Below, one piece after another: positions 11,613 to 29,846 of a stretch of DNA of 64,000 nt. The notes below the pieces were generated by a model. It was not told where the DNA came from. It made no database searches and saw nothing but the letters and a program-made list of their open reading frames with translations. The stretch is from NCBI RefSeq assembly GCF_988243305.1, contig NZ_OZ547136.1. The stretch is one strand, 5' to 3'. A program made the translations under genes and the position numbers. The number at the start of each line of letters is the position of its first letter. Position 1 is the stretch's first letter.

Positions 11613-12428
11613 TTACCAGCCTTTAACAGCGCCGCCGTTAAACACTTTGTTTGCTGCTTCGTAAACTTCGTCAGACTGATAAGCCTGGACGAATTTCTTC
11701 ACGTTCTCGGCGTCTTTGTTATCTTCACGCGTTACGATCAGGTTTACGTACGGGGACTCTTTATCTTCGACAAAGATACCGTCTTTCGCCGGAGTCAGGC
11801 CAATCTGGCTGGCATAGGTGGTATTGATAACTGCCAGAGCGATTTGCGCGTCGTCCAGAGAACGCGGCAGCTGCGGTGCTTCCAGCTCAACAATTTTCAG
11901 ATTTTTGGGGTTCTCAACAACATCAAGAACGGTCGGCAGCAGGCCAACGCCATCTTTCAGTTTGATCAAGCCCACTTTTTGCAGCAGCAGCAGTGAACGA
12001 CCAAGGTTAGTTGGGTCGTTTGGCACGGCAACCTGCGAACCATCCTGCAGTTCATCCAGTGATTTGATTTTCTTGGAGTAACCTGCAATCGGATAAACAA
12101 AAGTGTTGCCTACTGCGACCAGTTTGTAGCCACGATCTTTCAGTTGCTGATCAAGGTACGGTTTATGCTGGAAGGCGTTGGCGTCGATATCGCCTTTGCT
12201 CAATGCTTCGTTTGGCAGAACATAGTCGTTGAAGGTTACCAGCTCAACGTCCAGGCCATATTTGTCTTTCGCAACTTTCTGCGCGACTTCTGCAACCTGC
12301 TGTTCGGCACCAACAATCACGCCGACTTTAATGTGGTTTGGATCTTTTTCATCCTGACCGCAGCCTACCAGTGCCAGTGATCCAATCAGGGCTCCCACTG
12401 CCGCAAAGGTTTTGAATTTGAACGCCAT
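11613..12428 (-). CDS. metQ: D-methionine ABC transporter substrate-binding lipoprotein
   Basis: 271 aa ORF with lipobox (LALVGC); metNIQ operon order. Confidence 0.9.
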   Translation of the reverse strand: MAFKFKTFAAVGALIGSLALVGCGQDEKDPNHIKVGVIVGAEQQVAEVAQKVAKDKYGLDVELVTFNDYVLPNEALSKGDIDANAFQHKPYLDQQLKDRGYKLVAVGNTFVYPIAGYSKKIKSLDELQDGSQVAVPNDPTNLGRSLLLLQKVGLIKLKDGVGLLPTVLDVVENPKNLKIVELEAPQLPRSLDDAQIALAVINTTYASQIGLTPAKDGIFVEDKESPYVNLIVTREDNKDAENVKKFVQAYQSDEVYEAANKVFNGGAVKGW

Positions 12429-12467
12429 ACCTTATTCCTTCTTCAATTATTTATGTTGTGTTGAACG

Positions 12468-13121
12468 TTACTTGCGAGTGACAGCCCGGACGATGCGGTC
12501 GCCTGCGAACTGAATTAAATAAACCAGAATGACCAGCAATACCAGTACCGTATTCATCACCGTCGCGTTGTAGCCGATGTAGCCATACTGATAGCCAATC
12601 TGACCTAAACCACCGGCACCGACTGCACCACCCATCGCGGAATAACCGACCAGGGTAATCAGGGTGATAGTCGCAGCATTCACCAGACCCGGCAATGCTT
12701 CCGGTAACAGCACTTTACGGACGATCTGCATCGGCGTGGCACCCATTGCGCGGGAAGCTTCAATTAGCCCGGTTGGGATCTCCAGCAGAGCGTTCTCGAC
12801 CATACGGGCAATAAACGGTGCTGCACCAACGGTTAACGGAACAATCGCTGCCTGCAAACCAATCGATGTACCGACAATAACGCGGGTAAACGGAATCATC
12901 CATACCAGCAAGATAATGAACGGGATAGAACGGAAAATGTTCACAATCGCAGAAACGGTACGATACAGCTTCGCGTTAGCAATAATTTGCCCCGGGCGCG
13001 TAACATAAAGCAGGACGCCGACCGGCAGACCAATCACAAACCCAAAAAATCCGGATACGAAGGTCATTGCCAGCGTTTCCCATACGCCACGAACCAGCAG
13101 CCACATCATCGGCTCAGACAT
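12468..13121 (-). CDS. metI: D-methionine ABC transporter permease
   Basis: 217 aa hydrophobic ORF overlapping the metN stop. Confidence 0.9.
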
Positions 13122-14145
13122 AACCCAGTACCTCTACTTTTACATGGTGTTCCTGCAGCCAGGCAATGGCGGCTTGCGTATCTTGTTGTGTGCCGTGCAT
13201 TTCAGTCAGCATGATGCCGAACTTAACGCCACCGGCGTAATCCATCTGCGCGCTAATAATGTTGTTGTTGACGTTGAAACGACGCGCGGTTTCAGAAAGC
13301 AGTGGGGCATCGACCGATTGACCGGTAAACTCCAGACGCAGCATCGGCACGCAGTCAGTGAATGGCTCCGCTTGCAGACGCTCCTGATAATCTTCCGGGA
13401 TATCCAGATGCAGGGTCGACTGAATAAACTTCTGCGCCAGCGGCGTTTTCGGATGCGAGAACACTTCACTTACCGTGTCCTGCTCGATCAGTTCGCCATT
13501 ACTGATGACCGCCACGCAATCACAAATGCGCTTCACAACGTCCATTTCGTGGGTGATCAACAGAATCGTCAAACCCAGACGGCGGTTAATGTCTTTCAAC
13601 AGTTCGAGAATAGAACGTGTCGTTGCCGGGTCCAGCGCGCTGGTGGCTTCATCACACAGCAATACTTTGGGATTGCTGGCTAATGCACGGGCAATCGCCA
13701 CACGTTGTTTCTGCCCACCGGAAAGATTCGACGGGTAGCTATCATGCTTATCGCCAAGACCAACCAATGACAGCAATTCCGTCACGCGACGTTTGATCTC
13801 GTCTTTCGGTGTATTGTCCAGCTCCAGCGGCAGAGCCACGTTGCCAAAAACAGTACGCGAAGAGAGCAGGTTAAAATGCTGGAAAATCATACCAATCTGG
13901 CGGCGAGCTTTGGTCAACTCGGATTCTGACAGCGTGGTCAGTTCCTGTCCATCGACCAGCACGCTACCCTCGGTTGGGCGCTCCAGCAGGTTTACACAAC
14001 GTATAAGCGTACTCTTACCCGCGCCTGAGGCACCGATAACGCCATAAATTTGTCCAGCTGGCACATGCAGGCTGACGTTGTTCAATGCCTGGATGGTGCG
14101 GGTGCCCTGGTGGAACACTTTGGTGATATTCGAAAGTTTTATCAT
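13114..14145 (-). CDS. metN: D-methionine ABC transporter ATP-binding protein
   Basis: 343 aa ORF with Walker A (GASGAGKST) and ABC signature (LSGGQKQR). Confidence 0.92.
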
Positions 14146-14331
14146 TGATTATTTATTATCGTCATTAAGTTAGTCGTGGCATTTCGAATGCCTGGAACGG
14201 GCAACGCCGTCAATGAAATGGATGTTAAGGCATCCAGACGTCTAAATCAATCAGGTTTATGCGAAGAGCACTTTCTTGCTGGTCGAAACATGCGATACTA
14301 GCGTCACATGCCTTATTAAGGAGCTATAAAG

Positions 14332-14904
14332 GTGGCGAAGAGCGTACCCGCAATTTTTCTTGACCGTGATGGCACCATTAATGTCGATCACGGCTATGTC
14401 CATGAGATCGACAACTTTGAATTTATCGACGGTGTTATTGACGCCATGCGCGAGCTAAAAAAAATGGGCTTTGCGCTGGTGGTAGTAACCAACCAGTCTG
14501 GCATTGCTCGCGGTAAATTTACTGAAGCACAGTTTGAAACGCTGACCGAGTGGATGGACTGGTCGCTGGCGGACCGCGATGTCGATCTGGATGGTATCTA
14601 TTATTGCCCGCATCATCCGCAGGGTAGTGTTGAAGAGTTTCGCCAGGTCTGCGACTGCCGCAAACCACATCCGGGGATGCTTTTATCGGCACGCGATTAT
14701 TTGCATATTGATATGGCCGCTTCTTATATGGTGGGCGATAAATTAGAAGATATGCAGGCAGCGGCTGCGGCGAACGTGGGAACAAAAGTGCTGGTGCGTA
14801 CGGGTAAACCTGTTACGCCTGAAGCAGAAAACGCGGCGGATTGGGTGTTAAATAGCCTGGCAGACCTGCCGCAAGCGATAAAAAAGCAGCAAAAACCGGC
14901 GTAA
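14332..14904 (+). CDS. gmhB: D,D-heptose 1,7-bisphosphate phosphatase
   Basis: 190 aa ORF with HAD motif FLDRDGT near the N-terminus; GTG start. Confidence 0.88.
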   Translation: MAKSVPAIFLDRDGTINVDHGYVHEIDNFEFIDGVIDAMRELKKMGFALVVVTNQSGIARGKFTEAQFETLTEWMDWSLADRDVDLDGIYYCPHHPQGSVEEFRQVCDCRKPHPGMLLSARDYLHIDMAASYMVGDKLEDMQAAAAANVGTKVLVRTGKPVTPEAENAADWVLNSLADLPQAIKKQQKPA

Positions 14905-14946
14905 TGATTAAAAGATGAGCGGTTGAAATAAAAATGCATTTTTCCG

Positions 14947-14974
14947 CTTGTCTTCCTGAGCCGACTCCCTATAA
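14947..14974 (+). promoter_or_regulatory. rRNA operon promoter P1 (-35 TTGTCT, 16 bp spacer, -10 TATAAT, GC-rich discriminator)
   Basis: ttgtcttcctgagccgactccctataatgcgcc closely resembles the canonical E. coli rrn P1 core promoter. Confidence 0.8.
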
Positions 14975-15057
14975 TGCGCCTCCATCGACACGGCGGATGT
15001 GAATCACTTCACACAAACAGCCGGTTCGGTTGAAGAGAAAAATCCTGAAATTCAGGG

Positions 15058-15085
15058 TTGACTCTGAAAGAGGAAAGCGTAATAT
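15058..15085 (+). promoter_or_regulatory. rRNA operon promoter P2 (-35 TTGACT, -10 TAATAT)
   Basis: ttgactctgaaagaggaaagcgtaatatacgcc about 110 bp downstream of P1, the typical rrn P2 arrangement. Confidence 0.75.
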
Positions 15086-15269
15086 ACGCCACCTCGCGAC
15101 AGCAAGCTGAAAGCCGCGTCGCAACTGCTCTTTAACAATTTATCAGACAATCTGTGTGGGCACTCGAAGATACGGATTCTTAACGTCGCAAGACGAAAAA
15201 TGAATACCAAGTCTCAAGAGTGAACACGTAATTCATTACGAAGTTTAATTCTTTGAGCATCAAACTTTT

Positions 15270-16811
<1,542 letters not shown>

Positions 16812-16879
16812 CCTTAAAGAAGCGTACTTTGCAGTGCTCACACAGATTGTCTGATGAAAATGAGCAGTAAAACCTCTAC

Positions 16880-16956
<77 letters not shown>

Positions 16957-16998
16957 AATTTGCACGGCAAATTTGAAGAGGTTTTAACTACATGTTAT

Positions 16999-17074
16999 GG
17001 GGCTATAGCTCAGCTGGGAGAGCGCCTGCTTTGCACGCAGGAGGTCTGCGGTTCGATCCCGCATAGCTCCACCA
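16999..17074 (+). tRNA. alaV: tRNA-Ala (TGC anticodon) in the 16S-23S spacer
   Basis: GGGGCTATAGCTCAGCTGGGAGAGCGCCTGCTTTGCACGCAGGAGGTCTGCGGTTCGATCCCGCATAGCTCCACCA. Confidence 0.95.
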
Positions 17075-17257
17075 TCTCTGTAGTGATTAAATAAAAAATA
17101 CTTCAGAGTGTACCTGCAAAGGTTCACTGCGAAGTTTTGCTCTTTAAAAATCTGGATCAAGCTGAAAATTGAAACACTGAACAACGAAAGTTGTTCGTGA
17201 GTCTCTCAAATTTTCGCAACACGATGATGAGTCGAAAGAAACATCTTCGGGTTGTGA

Positions 17258-20166
<2,909 letters not shown>

Positions 20167-20259
20167 ACAACGCCGAAGATGTTTTGGCGGATTGAGAGAA
20201 GATTTTCAGCCTGATACAGATTAACTCAGAACGCAGAAGCGGTCTGATGAAACAGAATT

Positions 20260-20379
20260 TGCCTGGCGGCCGTAGCGCGGTGGTCCCACCTGACCCCATG
20301 CCGAACTCAGAAGTGAAACGCCGTAGCGCCGATGGTAGTGTGGGGTCTCCCCATGCGAGAGTAGGGAACTGCCAGGCAT
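20260..20379 (+). rRNA. rrfH: 5S ribosomal RNA
   Basis: TGCCTGGCGGCCGTAGCGCGGTGGTCCCACCTGACCCCATGCCGAACTCAG...GGAACTGCCAGGCAT; 120 nt. Confidence 0.97.
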
Positions 20380-20431
20380 CAAATTAAGCAGTAAGCCGGT
20401 CATAAAACCGGTGGTTGTAAAAGAATTCGGT

Positions 20432-20508
20432 GGAGCGGTAGTTCAGTCGGTTAGAATACCTGCCTGTCACGCAGGGGGTCGCGGGTTCGAGTCCCGTCCG
20501 TTCCGCCA
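20432..20508 (+). tRNA. aspU: tRNA-Asp (GTC anticodon), distal gene of the rRNA operon
   Basis: GGAGCGGTAGTTCAGTCGGTTAGAATACCTGCCTGTCACGCAGGGGGTCGCGGGTTCGAGTCCCGTCCGTTCCGCCA. Confidence 0.95.
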
Positions 20509-20518
20509 CTTATTAAGA

Positions 20519-20548
20519 AGCCTCGAGTTAACGCTCGAGGTTTTTTTT
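20519..20548 (+). terminator. Rho-independent terminator of the rRNA operon
   Basis: Hairpin cctcgagttaacgctcgagg followed by TTTTTTTT directly after the tRNA-Asp. Confidence 0.8.
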
Positions 20549-20670
20549 CGTCTGTATATCTATTATTGCCAGAATCGCAAAAATCCTCTGCATTTTACGC
20601 TCTTTTTCCGCAACAGTCTGAAGCCCATAATCACCTCAGTTAACGAAAATAGCATTAAAAGAGGCATATT

Positions 20671-21474
20671 ATGGCTATCCCTGCATTTGGTTTAGGTACT
20701 TTCCGTCTCAAAGACGACGTTGTTATTTCATCTGTGAAAACGGCGCTTGAACTTGGTTATCGCGCAATTGATACCGCACAAATCTATGATAACGAAGCTG
20801 CCGTAGGTCAGGCGATTGCAGAAAGTGGCGTGCCACGTCATGAACTCTACATCACCACTAAAATCTGGATTGAAAATCTCAGCAAAGACAAATTGATCCC
20901 GAGTCTGCAAGAGAGCCTGCAAAAATTGCGTACTGATTATGTTGATCTGACGCTAATCCACTGGCCGTCACCAAACGATGAAGTCTCTGTTGAAGAGTTT
21001 ATGCAGGCGCTGCTGGAAGCCAAAAAACAAGGGCTGACGCGTGAGATCGGTATTTCCAACTTCACGATCCCATTGATGGAAAAAGCGATTGCTGCTGTTG
21101 GTGCTGAAAACATCGCTACTAACCAGATTGAACTCTCTCCTTATCTGCAAAACCGTAAAGTGGTTGCCTGGGCTAAACAGCACGGCATCCATATTACTTC
21201 CTATATGACGCTGGCGTATGGTAAGGCCCTGAAAGATGAGGTTATTGCTCGTATCGCAGCTAAACACAATGCGACTCCGGCACAAGTGATTCTGGCGTGG
21301 GCTATGGGGGAAGGTTACTCAGTAATTCCTTCTTCTACTAAACGTAAAAACCTGGAAAGTAATCTTAAGGCACAAAATTTACAGCTTGATGCCGAAGATA
21401 AAAAAGCGATCGCCGCACTGGATTGCAACGACCGCCTGGTTAGCCCGGAAGGTCTGGCTCCTGAATGGGATTAA
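20671..21474 (+). CDS. dkgB: 2,5-diketo-D-gluconate reductase B (aldo-keto reductase)
   Basis: 267 aa ORF with aldo-keto reductase features ([15 protein letters not shown]). Confidence 0.88.
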   Translation: MAIPAFGLGTFRLKDDVVISSVKTALELGYRAIDTAQIYDNEAAVGQAIAESGVPRHELYITTKIWIENLSKDKLIPSLQESLQKLRTDYVDLTLIHWPSPNDEVSVEEFMQALLEAKKQGLTREIGISNFTIPLMEKAIAAVGAENIATNQIELSPYLQNRKVVAWAKQHGIHITSYMTLAYGKALKDEVIARIAAKHNATPAQVILAWAMGEGYSVIPSSTKRKNLESNLKAQNLQLDAEDKKAIAALDCNDRLVSPEGLAPEWD

Positions 21475-22385
21475 GCCTCTCTGACAGCTCCTCCGGGAGC
21501 TGTTTTTACATGCTCGCTAAGGAAATCGATAAAAGCCCGGATGCGCGTACTTACCGCACGGTCGCTGTAATAGACTGCACTGAATGGCATTTCCACTGGC
21601 AACACTTTATCTGCCATTAGCTCCACCAATTCTCCGCGAGCGATTTCTCTGTCGATCATGTAGTCGGACAAACACGCAATCCCGTTGCCACTCAGGCAAA
21701 GCTGTTTCAGTGTTTCCCCACTATTGGATGACAAACCGTACTTCACCTCATGTAATTGTCCATCGCTACAGGCTATCGGCCAGGTATTGAGGGAAGCGGG
21801 TTCAGTGAATCCCAGGCAAACATGTTGCTTTAAATCGTCGATCGTTTCTGGCTTCCCATAGCGGGAAATATAATCGGGGGAGGCTATAATTTTTCGATAA
21901 CTGTTAAATAACGGCCTGGCACGTAAGCTGGAATCCGTTAACGTACCGGCGCGTATCGCGACATCCACTTTTCTTTCGATCAAATTAATAATCGTTTCGG
22001 AGGAGACTAGTGATAAAGTGACTTCCGGATAGCGTTCACGGAAAGGCTTAATCAATGGCATCAGAAAGTGCAGCACCACTGGAGTTGCGGCATCGATCCG
22101 TAACAGTCCACGCGGTGTATTACGCGTCTCCATAATTTCTGATTCTGCCGCTGCCATCTCCTGCAAAATTGACTGTATGCGACGAAAATAACGCTCGCCT
22201 TCTTCCGTCAGGCTAAGTTGCCGCGTGGTCCGATTAAGCAGGCTAACGCCAAGTTTCATCTCCAGCTTCTTCACCGCCCGGCTTACCGCTGAGTTTGCTT
22301 GCCCTAATTGTTCCGCTGCCCGGCTAAAGCTGCCGCTTTCGACGACCGAAACAAAAATGGCGAGTTCTTCCGACGTGGCTTTCAT
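21471..22385 (-). CDS. yafC: LysR-family transcriptional regulator
   Basis: 304 aa ORF with N-terminal HTH ([23 protein letters not shown]) and LysR substrate-binding region. Confidence 0.85.
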   Translation of the reverse strand: MKATSEELAIFVSVVESGSFSRAAEQLGQANSAVSRAVKKLEMKLGVSLLNRTTRQLSLTEEGERYFRRIQSILQEMAAAESEIMETRNTPRGLLRIDAATPVVLHFLMPLIKPFRERYPEVTLSLVSSETIINLIERKVDVAIRAGTLTDSSLRARPLFNSYRKIIASPDYISRYGKPETIDDLKQHVCLGFTEPASLNTWPIACSDGQLHEVKYGLSSNSGETLKQLCLSGNGIACLSDYMIDREIARGELVELMADKVLPVEMPFSAVYYSDRAVSTRIRAFIDFLSEHVKTAPGGAVREA

Positions 22386-22574
22386 TTTTGCTCCTGTTGC
22401 AAAATAGATGAGATATTTTGAATTTATTTGTCATTAAACCATCAGGATGCGTGATATGTCATCCGATTTAATGTTCTCAATAATGAGCAAATTTCTGACC
22501 GGTGTAAGCACTTGCTTACATAACAATATACAATTGCTCGTTGAAAGAGTGAGCTAAAATCCCTATAACAGTAG

Positions 22575-23426
<852 letters not shown>

Positions 23427-23502
23427 GGTATGTCAGGTCTGCCACAGGGCAGACCAACGTTTGGCGCTGCCCTTTTTAATCAAACAATAAAAGGACAGCG
23501 CA

Positions 23503-24273
23503 ATGACAACACAATCCCACCATGACCACGTAGAAAAGCAGTTTAGCTCGCAGGCCAGTGAGTATTTAACCAGTACCGTACATGCATCCGGGCGAGATTT
23601 ACAGCGCCTGGCGGTGCGTCTGGCTGATTATCCTGATGCAAGTGTACTTGATATGGGCTGCGGAGCAGGGCATGCCAGCTTTGTCGCTGCGCAAAACGTG
23701 AGCGCGGTGGTGGCGTATGACTTATCTGCCCAAATGCTGGATGTCGTGGCACAAGCTGCCGAAGCCCGGCAACTGAAAAATATCACCACCCGCCAGGGTT
23801 ATGCCGAAAGTCTGCCATTTGCCGATAACGCATTTGATATTGTTATCAGCCGTTATTCTGCCCATCACTGGCATGATGTTGGTGCAGCACTGCGAGAAGT
23901 GAATAGGATATTGAAACCTGGCGGTAGGCTGATTGTGATGGACGTAATGTCTCCGGGTCACCCAGTGCGCGACGTCTGGTTACAGACGGTAGAAGCATTA
24001 CGCGATACCTCTCACGTACGAAACTACGCCAGCGGTGAGTGGTTGACGTTAATCAATGAAGCCAATCTGATAGTTGATAATTTAATTACAGATAAGTTAC
24101 CGCTGGAATTTTCTTCATGGGTCGCGAGAATGCGTACGCCAGAAGCGTTAGTAGACGCTATTCGCATTTACCAACAGAGCGCATCGACAGAGGTGAACAC
24201 GTATTTTGCCTTGCAGAATGATGGCTCTTTCACCAGTGATATCATCATGGTAGAAGCACATAAAGCAGCATAA
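23503..24273 (+). CDS. yafE: SAM-dependent methyltransferase
   Basis: 256 aa ORF with the methyltransferase glycine-rich motif (VLDMGCGAGH). Confidence 0.8.
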   Translation: MTTQSHHDHVEKQFSSQASEYLTSTVHASGRDLQRLAVRLADYPDASVLDMGCGAGHASFVAAQNVSAVVAYDLSAQMLDVVAQAAEARQLKNITTRQGYAESLPFADNAFDIVISRYSAHHWHDVGAALREVNRILKPGGRLIVMDVMSPGHPVRDVWLQTVEALRDTSHVRNYASGEWLTLINEANLIVDNLITDKLPLEFSSWVARMRTPEALVDAIRIYQQSASTEVNTYFALQNDGSFTSDIIMVEAHKAA

Positions 24274-24281
24274 ATAAAAAA

Positions 24282-24312
24282 GGCACCGGGGGAATCGGTG
24301 CCTTTCATTATC
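24282..24312. terminator. Bidirectional terminator hairpin between convergent yafE and mltD
   Basis: aaaaaggcaccgggggaatcggtgcctttcatta: GC hairpin flanked by A-run and T-rich sequence. Confidence 0.6.
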
Positions 24313-24319
24313 TGGTTTG

Positions 24320-25678
24320 TCAGGAATCTGGCATGTTGTTGTTTTTCACAAACAACGTCAGCTTATCGCCTGGTTGCAGATTCGCAGTATCGCTGTTCCA
24401 GCGCATCACATCTTTGATGTTCACGCCGTGGCGTTTAGCAATGCTTGAAAGCGAATCGCCTTTGCGCACACGATACGTAATGCTATCGCTGTTGTTTGCC
24501 AACCGCTGTGCGCTACTACCTGCGCCAATCGTCAAGCTTTGGCCTGGCTTCAGCTTAGATCCGCGCAGTTTGTTCCACTGCTGCAAATCTTTGGTGCTAA
24601 CGCCGAGACGTGAAGCGATGCTTGAAAGCGTGTCGCCAGAGCGTACGGTGTAAACACGGCTGTTAAGCGGCGTATTGTCGGCAACCAGCGTCGACTGTAC
24701 AGCAGCAATTTCGCCCGAAGCCAGAGATTCACGCAGTTGATCTGCATGCTTCTTTGGCACCATCACGTACTGCGGACCACTTGCGCCCAGCGTGGAGCCT
24801 TTCACGCCAGCGTTGAATGTCTTCAGCTTGCTGACGGAAATCCCCGCCATATCTGCAACCTTTGCCATTTCAACCGGGCTGCTCAGGTGCACACGCGCCA
24901 GAGCACGGCTTTCATCGGTCGTTGGCAGACGTACGCCATAACGCTTGCTGTTTTTGAGAATATCACTCAATGCCAGCATTTTAGGCACGTACTGCTTCGT
25001 TTCCTGCGGCAACGGTAACGACCAGAAGTCCGTGGATTTCCCACGCGCTTTGTTCGTTTTAATTGCCTTCATGACTCGACCTTCGCCGCTGTTATAAGCC
25101 GCTACGGTCAGAAGCCAGTCGCCGTCAAACATCTTGTTCAGACGCTGCATCATGTTCAGCGCGGCAGTTGTTGAAGCAACAACATCGCGACGCGCGTCAT
25201 AATTGCGGGTCTGTTTCAAACCATAATTGCGCCCCGTGCTCGGAATGATCTGCCAGATGCCTGCTGCATTGGCGCCAGACGTTGCGTGAGGATCAAAAGC
25301 GCTCTCCACTATGGGTAGTAGTACCAGTTCCATAGGCATGTTACGTTTTTTAACTTGCCCGGCTATCCAGTACATATACGGCTCTGCCCGTAAAGTTACA
25401 TCGTGGAGATAGCTCTTATTGCGTAAATATTTCTGTTTCTGTTCGCGAATCCGGTCATTTTCCGGAATTCCCATCTTTAGCTCGTCGCCAATGAAAGCCC
25501 ACAAGTCACCATCTGGCGCGATAGACGTCCCATCGTCCATCCATCGTGCCTGACTTGTAAACTTTGCTGCTTCCCCTTGACCAGCTGCAGAAAGGCTCTG
25601 TGCGTGCTGTTGAACGTTGCCGGTACTCTGGCAACCCACGAGCAGGACAGAGGCGAGTAATATCGCTTTTGCCTTCAT
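24320..25678 (-). CDS. mltD: Membrane-bound lytic murein transglycosylase D
   Basis: 452 aa ORF with lipoprotein signal (LLVGC), transglycosylase core and C-terminal LysM repeats (YTVRSGDTLSSIA / YRVRKGDSLSSIA). Confidence 0.9.
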   Translation of the reverse strand: MKAKAILLASVLLVGCQSTGNVQQHAQSLSAAGQGEAAKFTSQARWMDDGTSIAPDGDLWAFIGDELKMGIPENDRIREQKQKYLRNKSYLHDVTLRAEPYMYWIAGQVKKRNMPMELVLLPIVESAFDPHATSGANAAGIWQIIPSTGRNYGLKQTRNYDARRDVVASTTAALNMMQRLNKMFDGDWLLTVAAYNSGEGRVMKAIKTNKARGKSTDFWSLPLPQETKQYVPKMLALSDILKNSKRYGVRLPTTDESRALARVHLSSPVEMAKVADMAGISVSKLKTFNAGVKGSTLGASGPQYVMVPKKHADQLRESLASGEIAAVQSTLVADNTPLNSRVYTVRSGDTLSSIASRLGVSTKDLQQWNKLRGSKLKPGQSLTIGAGSSAQRLANNSDSITYRVRKGDSLSSIAKRHGVNIKDVMRWNSDTANLQPGDKLTLFVKNNNMPDS

Positions 25679-25749
25679 GTGTGTGTCAATAGTTGCTTAA
25701 AAGACGACCGATCATAACGGCGAACGGAGCCGATGACAAGAAAGTTTTA

Positions 25750-26508
<759 letters not shown>

Positions 26509-26538
26509 TTACCTCTCAGTGTGAAACGGAAGGTTGTG

Positions 26539-27261
26539 ATGAAACCAGCAAGAGTCCCTCAAACTGTCGTGGCTCCTGATTGCTGGGGCGATTTGCCCTG
26601 GGGAGAGCTTTATCGCAAGGCGCTGGAGCGCCAGCTCAACCCGTGGTTCACTAAAATGTATGGTTTTCATCTGCTTAAGATTGGCAATTTAAGCGCAGAA
26701 ATCAATTGCGAAGCGTGCGCGGTTTCTCATCAAGTGAATGTTTCTGCGCAAGGACTGCCCGTCCAGGTGCAGGCGGACCCACTTCATCTTCCTTTTGCCG
26801 ATAAATCCGTTGATGTTTGTCTACTGGCACATACATTGCCGTGGTGCACCGATCCGCATCGTTTATTGCGTGAAGCCGATCGGGTATTGATTGATGATGG
26901 CTGGCTGGTGATTAGTGGCTTCAATCCCATAAGTTTAATGGGATTACGCAAACTTGTGCCGGTATTGCGCAAAACCTCGCCCTATAACAGCCGGATGTTT
27001 ACTCTGATGCGGCAGCTGGACTGGCTCTCTTTGTTGAATTTTGAAGTGCTACACGCCAGCCGTTTCCACGTTCTCCCGTGGAACAAACACGGTGGAAAAC
27101 TATTGAATGCGCATATTCCTGCGCTTGGTTGCTTACAACTTATTGTCGCCCGGAAACGGACTATTCCTTTAACGCTAAATCCGATGAAACAGAGTAAAAA
27201 CAAGCCACGAATTCGCCAGGCGGTTGGAGCCACCCGGCAATGTCGTAAACCACAGGCTTAA
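26539..27261 (+). CDS. yafS: SAM-dependent methyltransferase-like protein
   Basis: ORF 26521..27261; the first ATG at 26539 gives about 240 aa; conserved position before rnhA. Confidence 0.75.
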
Positions 27262-27725
27262 ACTTCGACTTGATAGCCCGTATCTTCCAGTGTGGGATTC
27301 ATCGCTGCGGCACGAGCCAGTTCATCGCAACGTTCGTTTTCTGGATGACCGGCATGGCCTTTAACCCATTCCCATTTGATTTGATGCTGCCCCAGCGCAG
27401 CATCAAGACGTTGCCAGAGATCGACATTTTTTACTGGTTTTTTGTCTGCTGTTTTCCAGCCACGTTTTTTCCAGTTATGGATCCACTGGGTGATACCCTG
27501 GCGGACATACTGGCTGTCGGTACTCAAAATAACTTCGCAATGTTCTTTTAACGCCTCCAGCGCGACAATAGCGGCCATCAACTCCATACGGTTGTTGGTG
27601 GTGCGGGTGTAGCCTGCGCTAAAGGTTTTCTCGCGTCCGCGATAGCGTAAAATAGCACCGTATCCCCCCGGTCCTGGATTACCCAGACACGAACCGTCGG
27701 TGAAAATTTCTACCTGTTTAAGCAT
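27258..27725 (-). CDS. rnhA: Ribonuclease HI
   Basis: ORF 27258..27797; the internal start [23 protein letters not shown] gives 155 aa, the canonical RNase H. Confidence 0.93.
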
Positions 27726-27789
27726 CTCTGGTAGACTTCCTGTAATTGAATCGAACTGTAAAACGACAAGTCTGACATAAATGACCGCT

Positions 27790-28521
27790 ATGAGCACTGC
27801 AATTACACGCCAGATCGTTCTCGATACCGAAACTACCGGTATGAACCAGATTGGTGCGCACTATGAAGGCCACAAGATCATTGAGATTGGTGCCGTTGAA
27901 GTGGTGAACCGTCGCCTGACGGGCAATAACTTCCATGTTTATCTCAAACCCGATCGGCTGGTGGATCCGGAAGCCTTTGGCGTACATGGTATTGCCGATG
28001 AGTTTTTGCTCGATAAGCCCTCGTTTGCCGAGGTTGCCGATGAGTTCATGGACTATATCCGCGGCGCGGAGCTGGTGATCCATAACGCAGCGTTCGATAT
28101 CGGCTTTATGGACTACGAGTTTTCGTTGCTTAAGCGCGATATTCCGAAGACCAATACCTTCTGTAAGGTCACCGATAGCCTTGCGGTGGCGAGGAAAATG
28201 TTTCCCGGTAAGCGCAACAGCCTCGATGCGTTATGTGCCCGCTACGAAATAGATAACAGTAAACGAACGCTGCACGGGGCATTACTCGATGCCCAGATCC
28301 TTGCGGAAGTTTATCTGGCGATGACTGGTGGGCAAACGTCGATGGCTTTTGCGATGGAAGGAGAGACACAACAGCAACAAGATGAAACAACAATTCAGCG
28401 CATTGTGCGTCAGGCAAGTAAGTTACGCGTTGTTTTTGCGACAGATGAAGAGCTTGCAGCACATGAAGCCCGTCTCGATCTGGTGCAGAAGAAGGGGGGA
28501 AGCTGCCTCTGGCGGGCATAA
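27790..28521 (+). CDS. dnaQ: DNA polymerase III epsilon subunit (3'-5' proofreading exonuclease)
   Basis: 243 aa from [17 protein letters not shown] (Exo I motif); divergent from rnhA as in E. coli. Confidence 0.93.
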
Positions 28522-28653
28522 ATACCTGTAAAAGGCGCTAAAAATAGCGACTTGGGCGATTTTTGCAGCAAACGATTCAAAAGATGAGAAAAACCGTTGA
28601 CGAAGGGTGAGGCAATCCGTAATATTCGCCTCGTTCCCAACGGAACACAACGC

Positions 28654-28730
28654 GGAGCGGTAGTTCAGTCGGTTAGAATACCTGCCTGTCACGCAGGGGG
28701 TCGCGGGTTCGAGTCCCGTCCGTTCCGCCA
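28654..28730 (+). tRNA. aspV: tRNA-Asp (GTC), the island-associated copy
   Basis: Sequence identical to the tRNA-Asp at 20432..20508; followed by a hairpin and T-run at about 28758..28790. Confidence 0.95.
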
Positions 28731-28757
28731 AATTCACTCATGAAAATGAGTTCAGAG

Positions 28758-28790
28758 AACCGCAAGATTTTTAATTTTGCGGTTTTTTTT
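28758..28790 (+). terminator. Rho-independent terminator after the tRNA-Asp
   Basis: agaaccgcaagatttttaattttgcggttttttttgc: stem ccgcaa/ttgcgg followed by T8. Confidence 0.7.
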
Positions 28791-29060
28791 GCATTTAAAT
28801 CCCGCTATTTCTTCGGTCTATGATTTTGTTATGCTGTAAATGTGTTAATCACATATGGTAGACCATATCATTAATATTTAATCATACTATCGAATCATTC
28901 AATTTAAATATATTTGCATGTTATGATTTTCATTTTTCTATTGATTTAATGAATTTATATTTGCTGTTATTTTTGTTTGTTCTGATTCAAGTGGAGTATA
29001 TAATTAAAAATCGTTAGCTAAACATTACCATGATTATGACAGGCGAGGGAGTGTCCGATT

Positions 29061-29846
29061 ATGAATTTAAGAAGGGTTTGTTGTATATGTGTATTATTCT
29101 CGCTGCTTGCAGGATGTGCCTCTGAATCTCCTATTGATGAAAAAAAGAAAAAAACTCAAACCGCACAAAGTTCTATTAATAAAAACGTTCCCCAGCAACT
29201 AACAGACAAAGATTTATATGGTAATGAAACCACACTGGCTGTATCCGAGGAGGATATTCAAGCTGCGCTTGAAGGAGATGAGTTTCGTGTGCCTCTTAAT
29301 TCTCCCGTTATACTTGTTCAGTCTGGCAGTCGCGCACCGGAAACCATTATGCAGGAGGAGATGAGAAAATATTATACAGTTGCCACATTTTCTGGCATTC
29401 CTGACAGGCAAAAACCTGTAACTTGTAATAAAGACAAAAACAAAGATGAAAGTCTGGATGTTGTAGATGCCGAAAATATGAACTGGATGCAGGCATTACG
29501 TTTTGTTGCGGCAAAAGGCCATCAGAAAGCGATTATTGTTTTCCAGGATACGTTGCAGACAGGAAAATATGACTCTGGATTGAAATCAATAGTTTGGTCA
29601 GATTATAAAAATCAAAAATTGACTGACACGATGTCACTGCGTTATTTGGTTCGATTCACGCTGGTGGATGTGGCTACAGGTGAGTGGGCTACCTGGTCGC
29701 CTGTGAATTATGAATCGAAAGTGATTTTTCCGCAGATAGGGAATAAAAATTCTGACAGCCTTGATGTGGCAGAACAGCAGATTTCACAACTTAAGCAGAA
29801 AACGTACGCAGCAGTGGTTAAAGATCTGGTGAATCGCTATCAGTAG
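29061..29846 (+). CDS. yafT: Lipoprotein YafT
   Basis: 261 aa ORF with lipoprotein signal peptide ([12 protein letters not shown]); AT-rich gene immediately after the tRNA-Asp. Confidence 0.75.
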   Translation: MNLRRVCCICVLFSLLAGCASESPIDEKKKKTQTAQSSINKNVPQQLTDKDLYGNETTLAVSEEDIQAALEGDEFRVPLNSPVILVQSGSRAPETIMQEEMRKYYTVATFSGIPDRQKPVTCNKDKNKDESLDVVDAENMNWMQALRFVAAKGHQKAIIVFQDTLQTGKYDSGLKSIVWSDYKNQKLTDTMSLRYLVRFTLVDVATGEWATWSPVNYESKVIFPQIGNKNSDSLDVAEQQISQLKQKTYAAVVKDLVNRYQ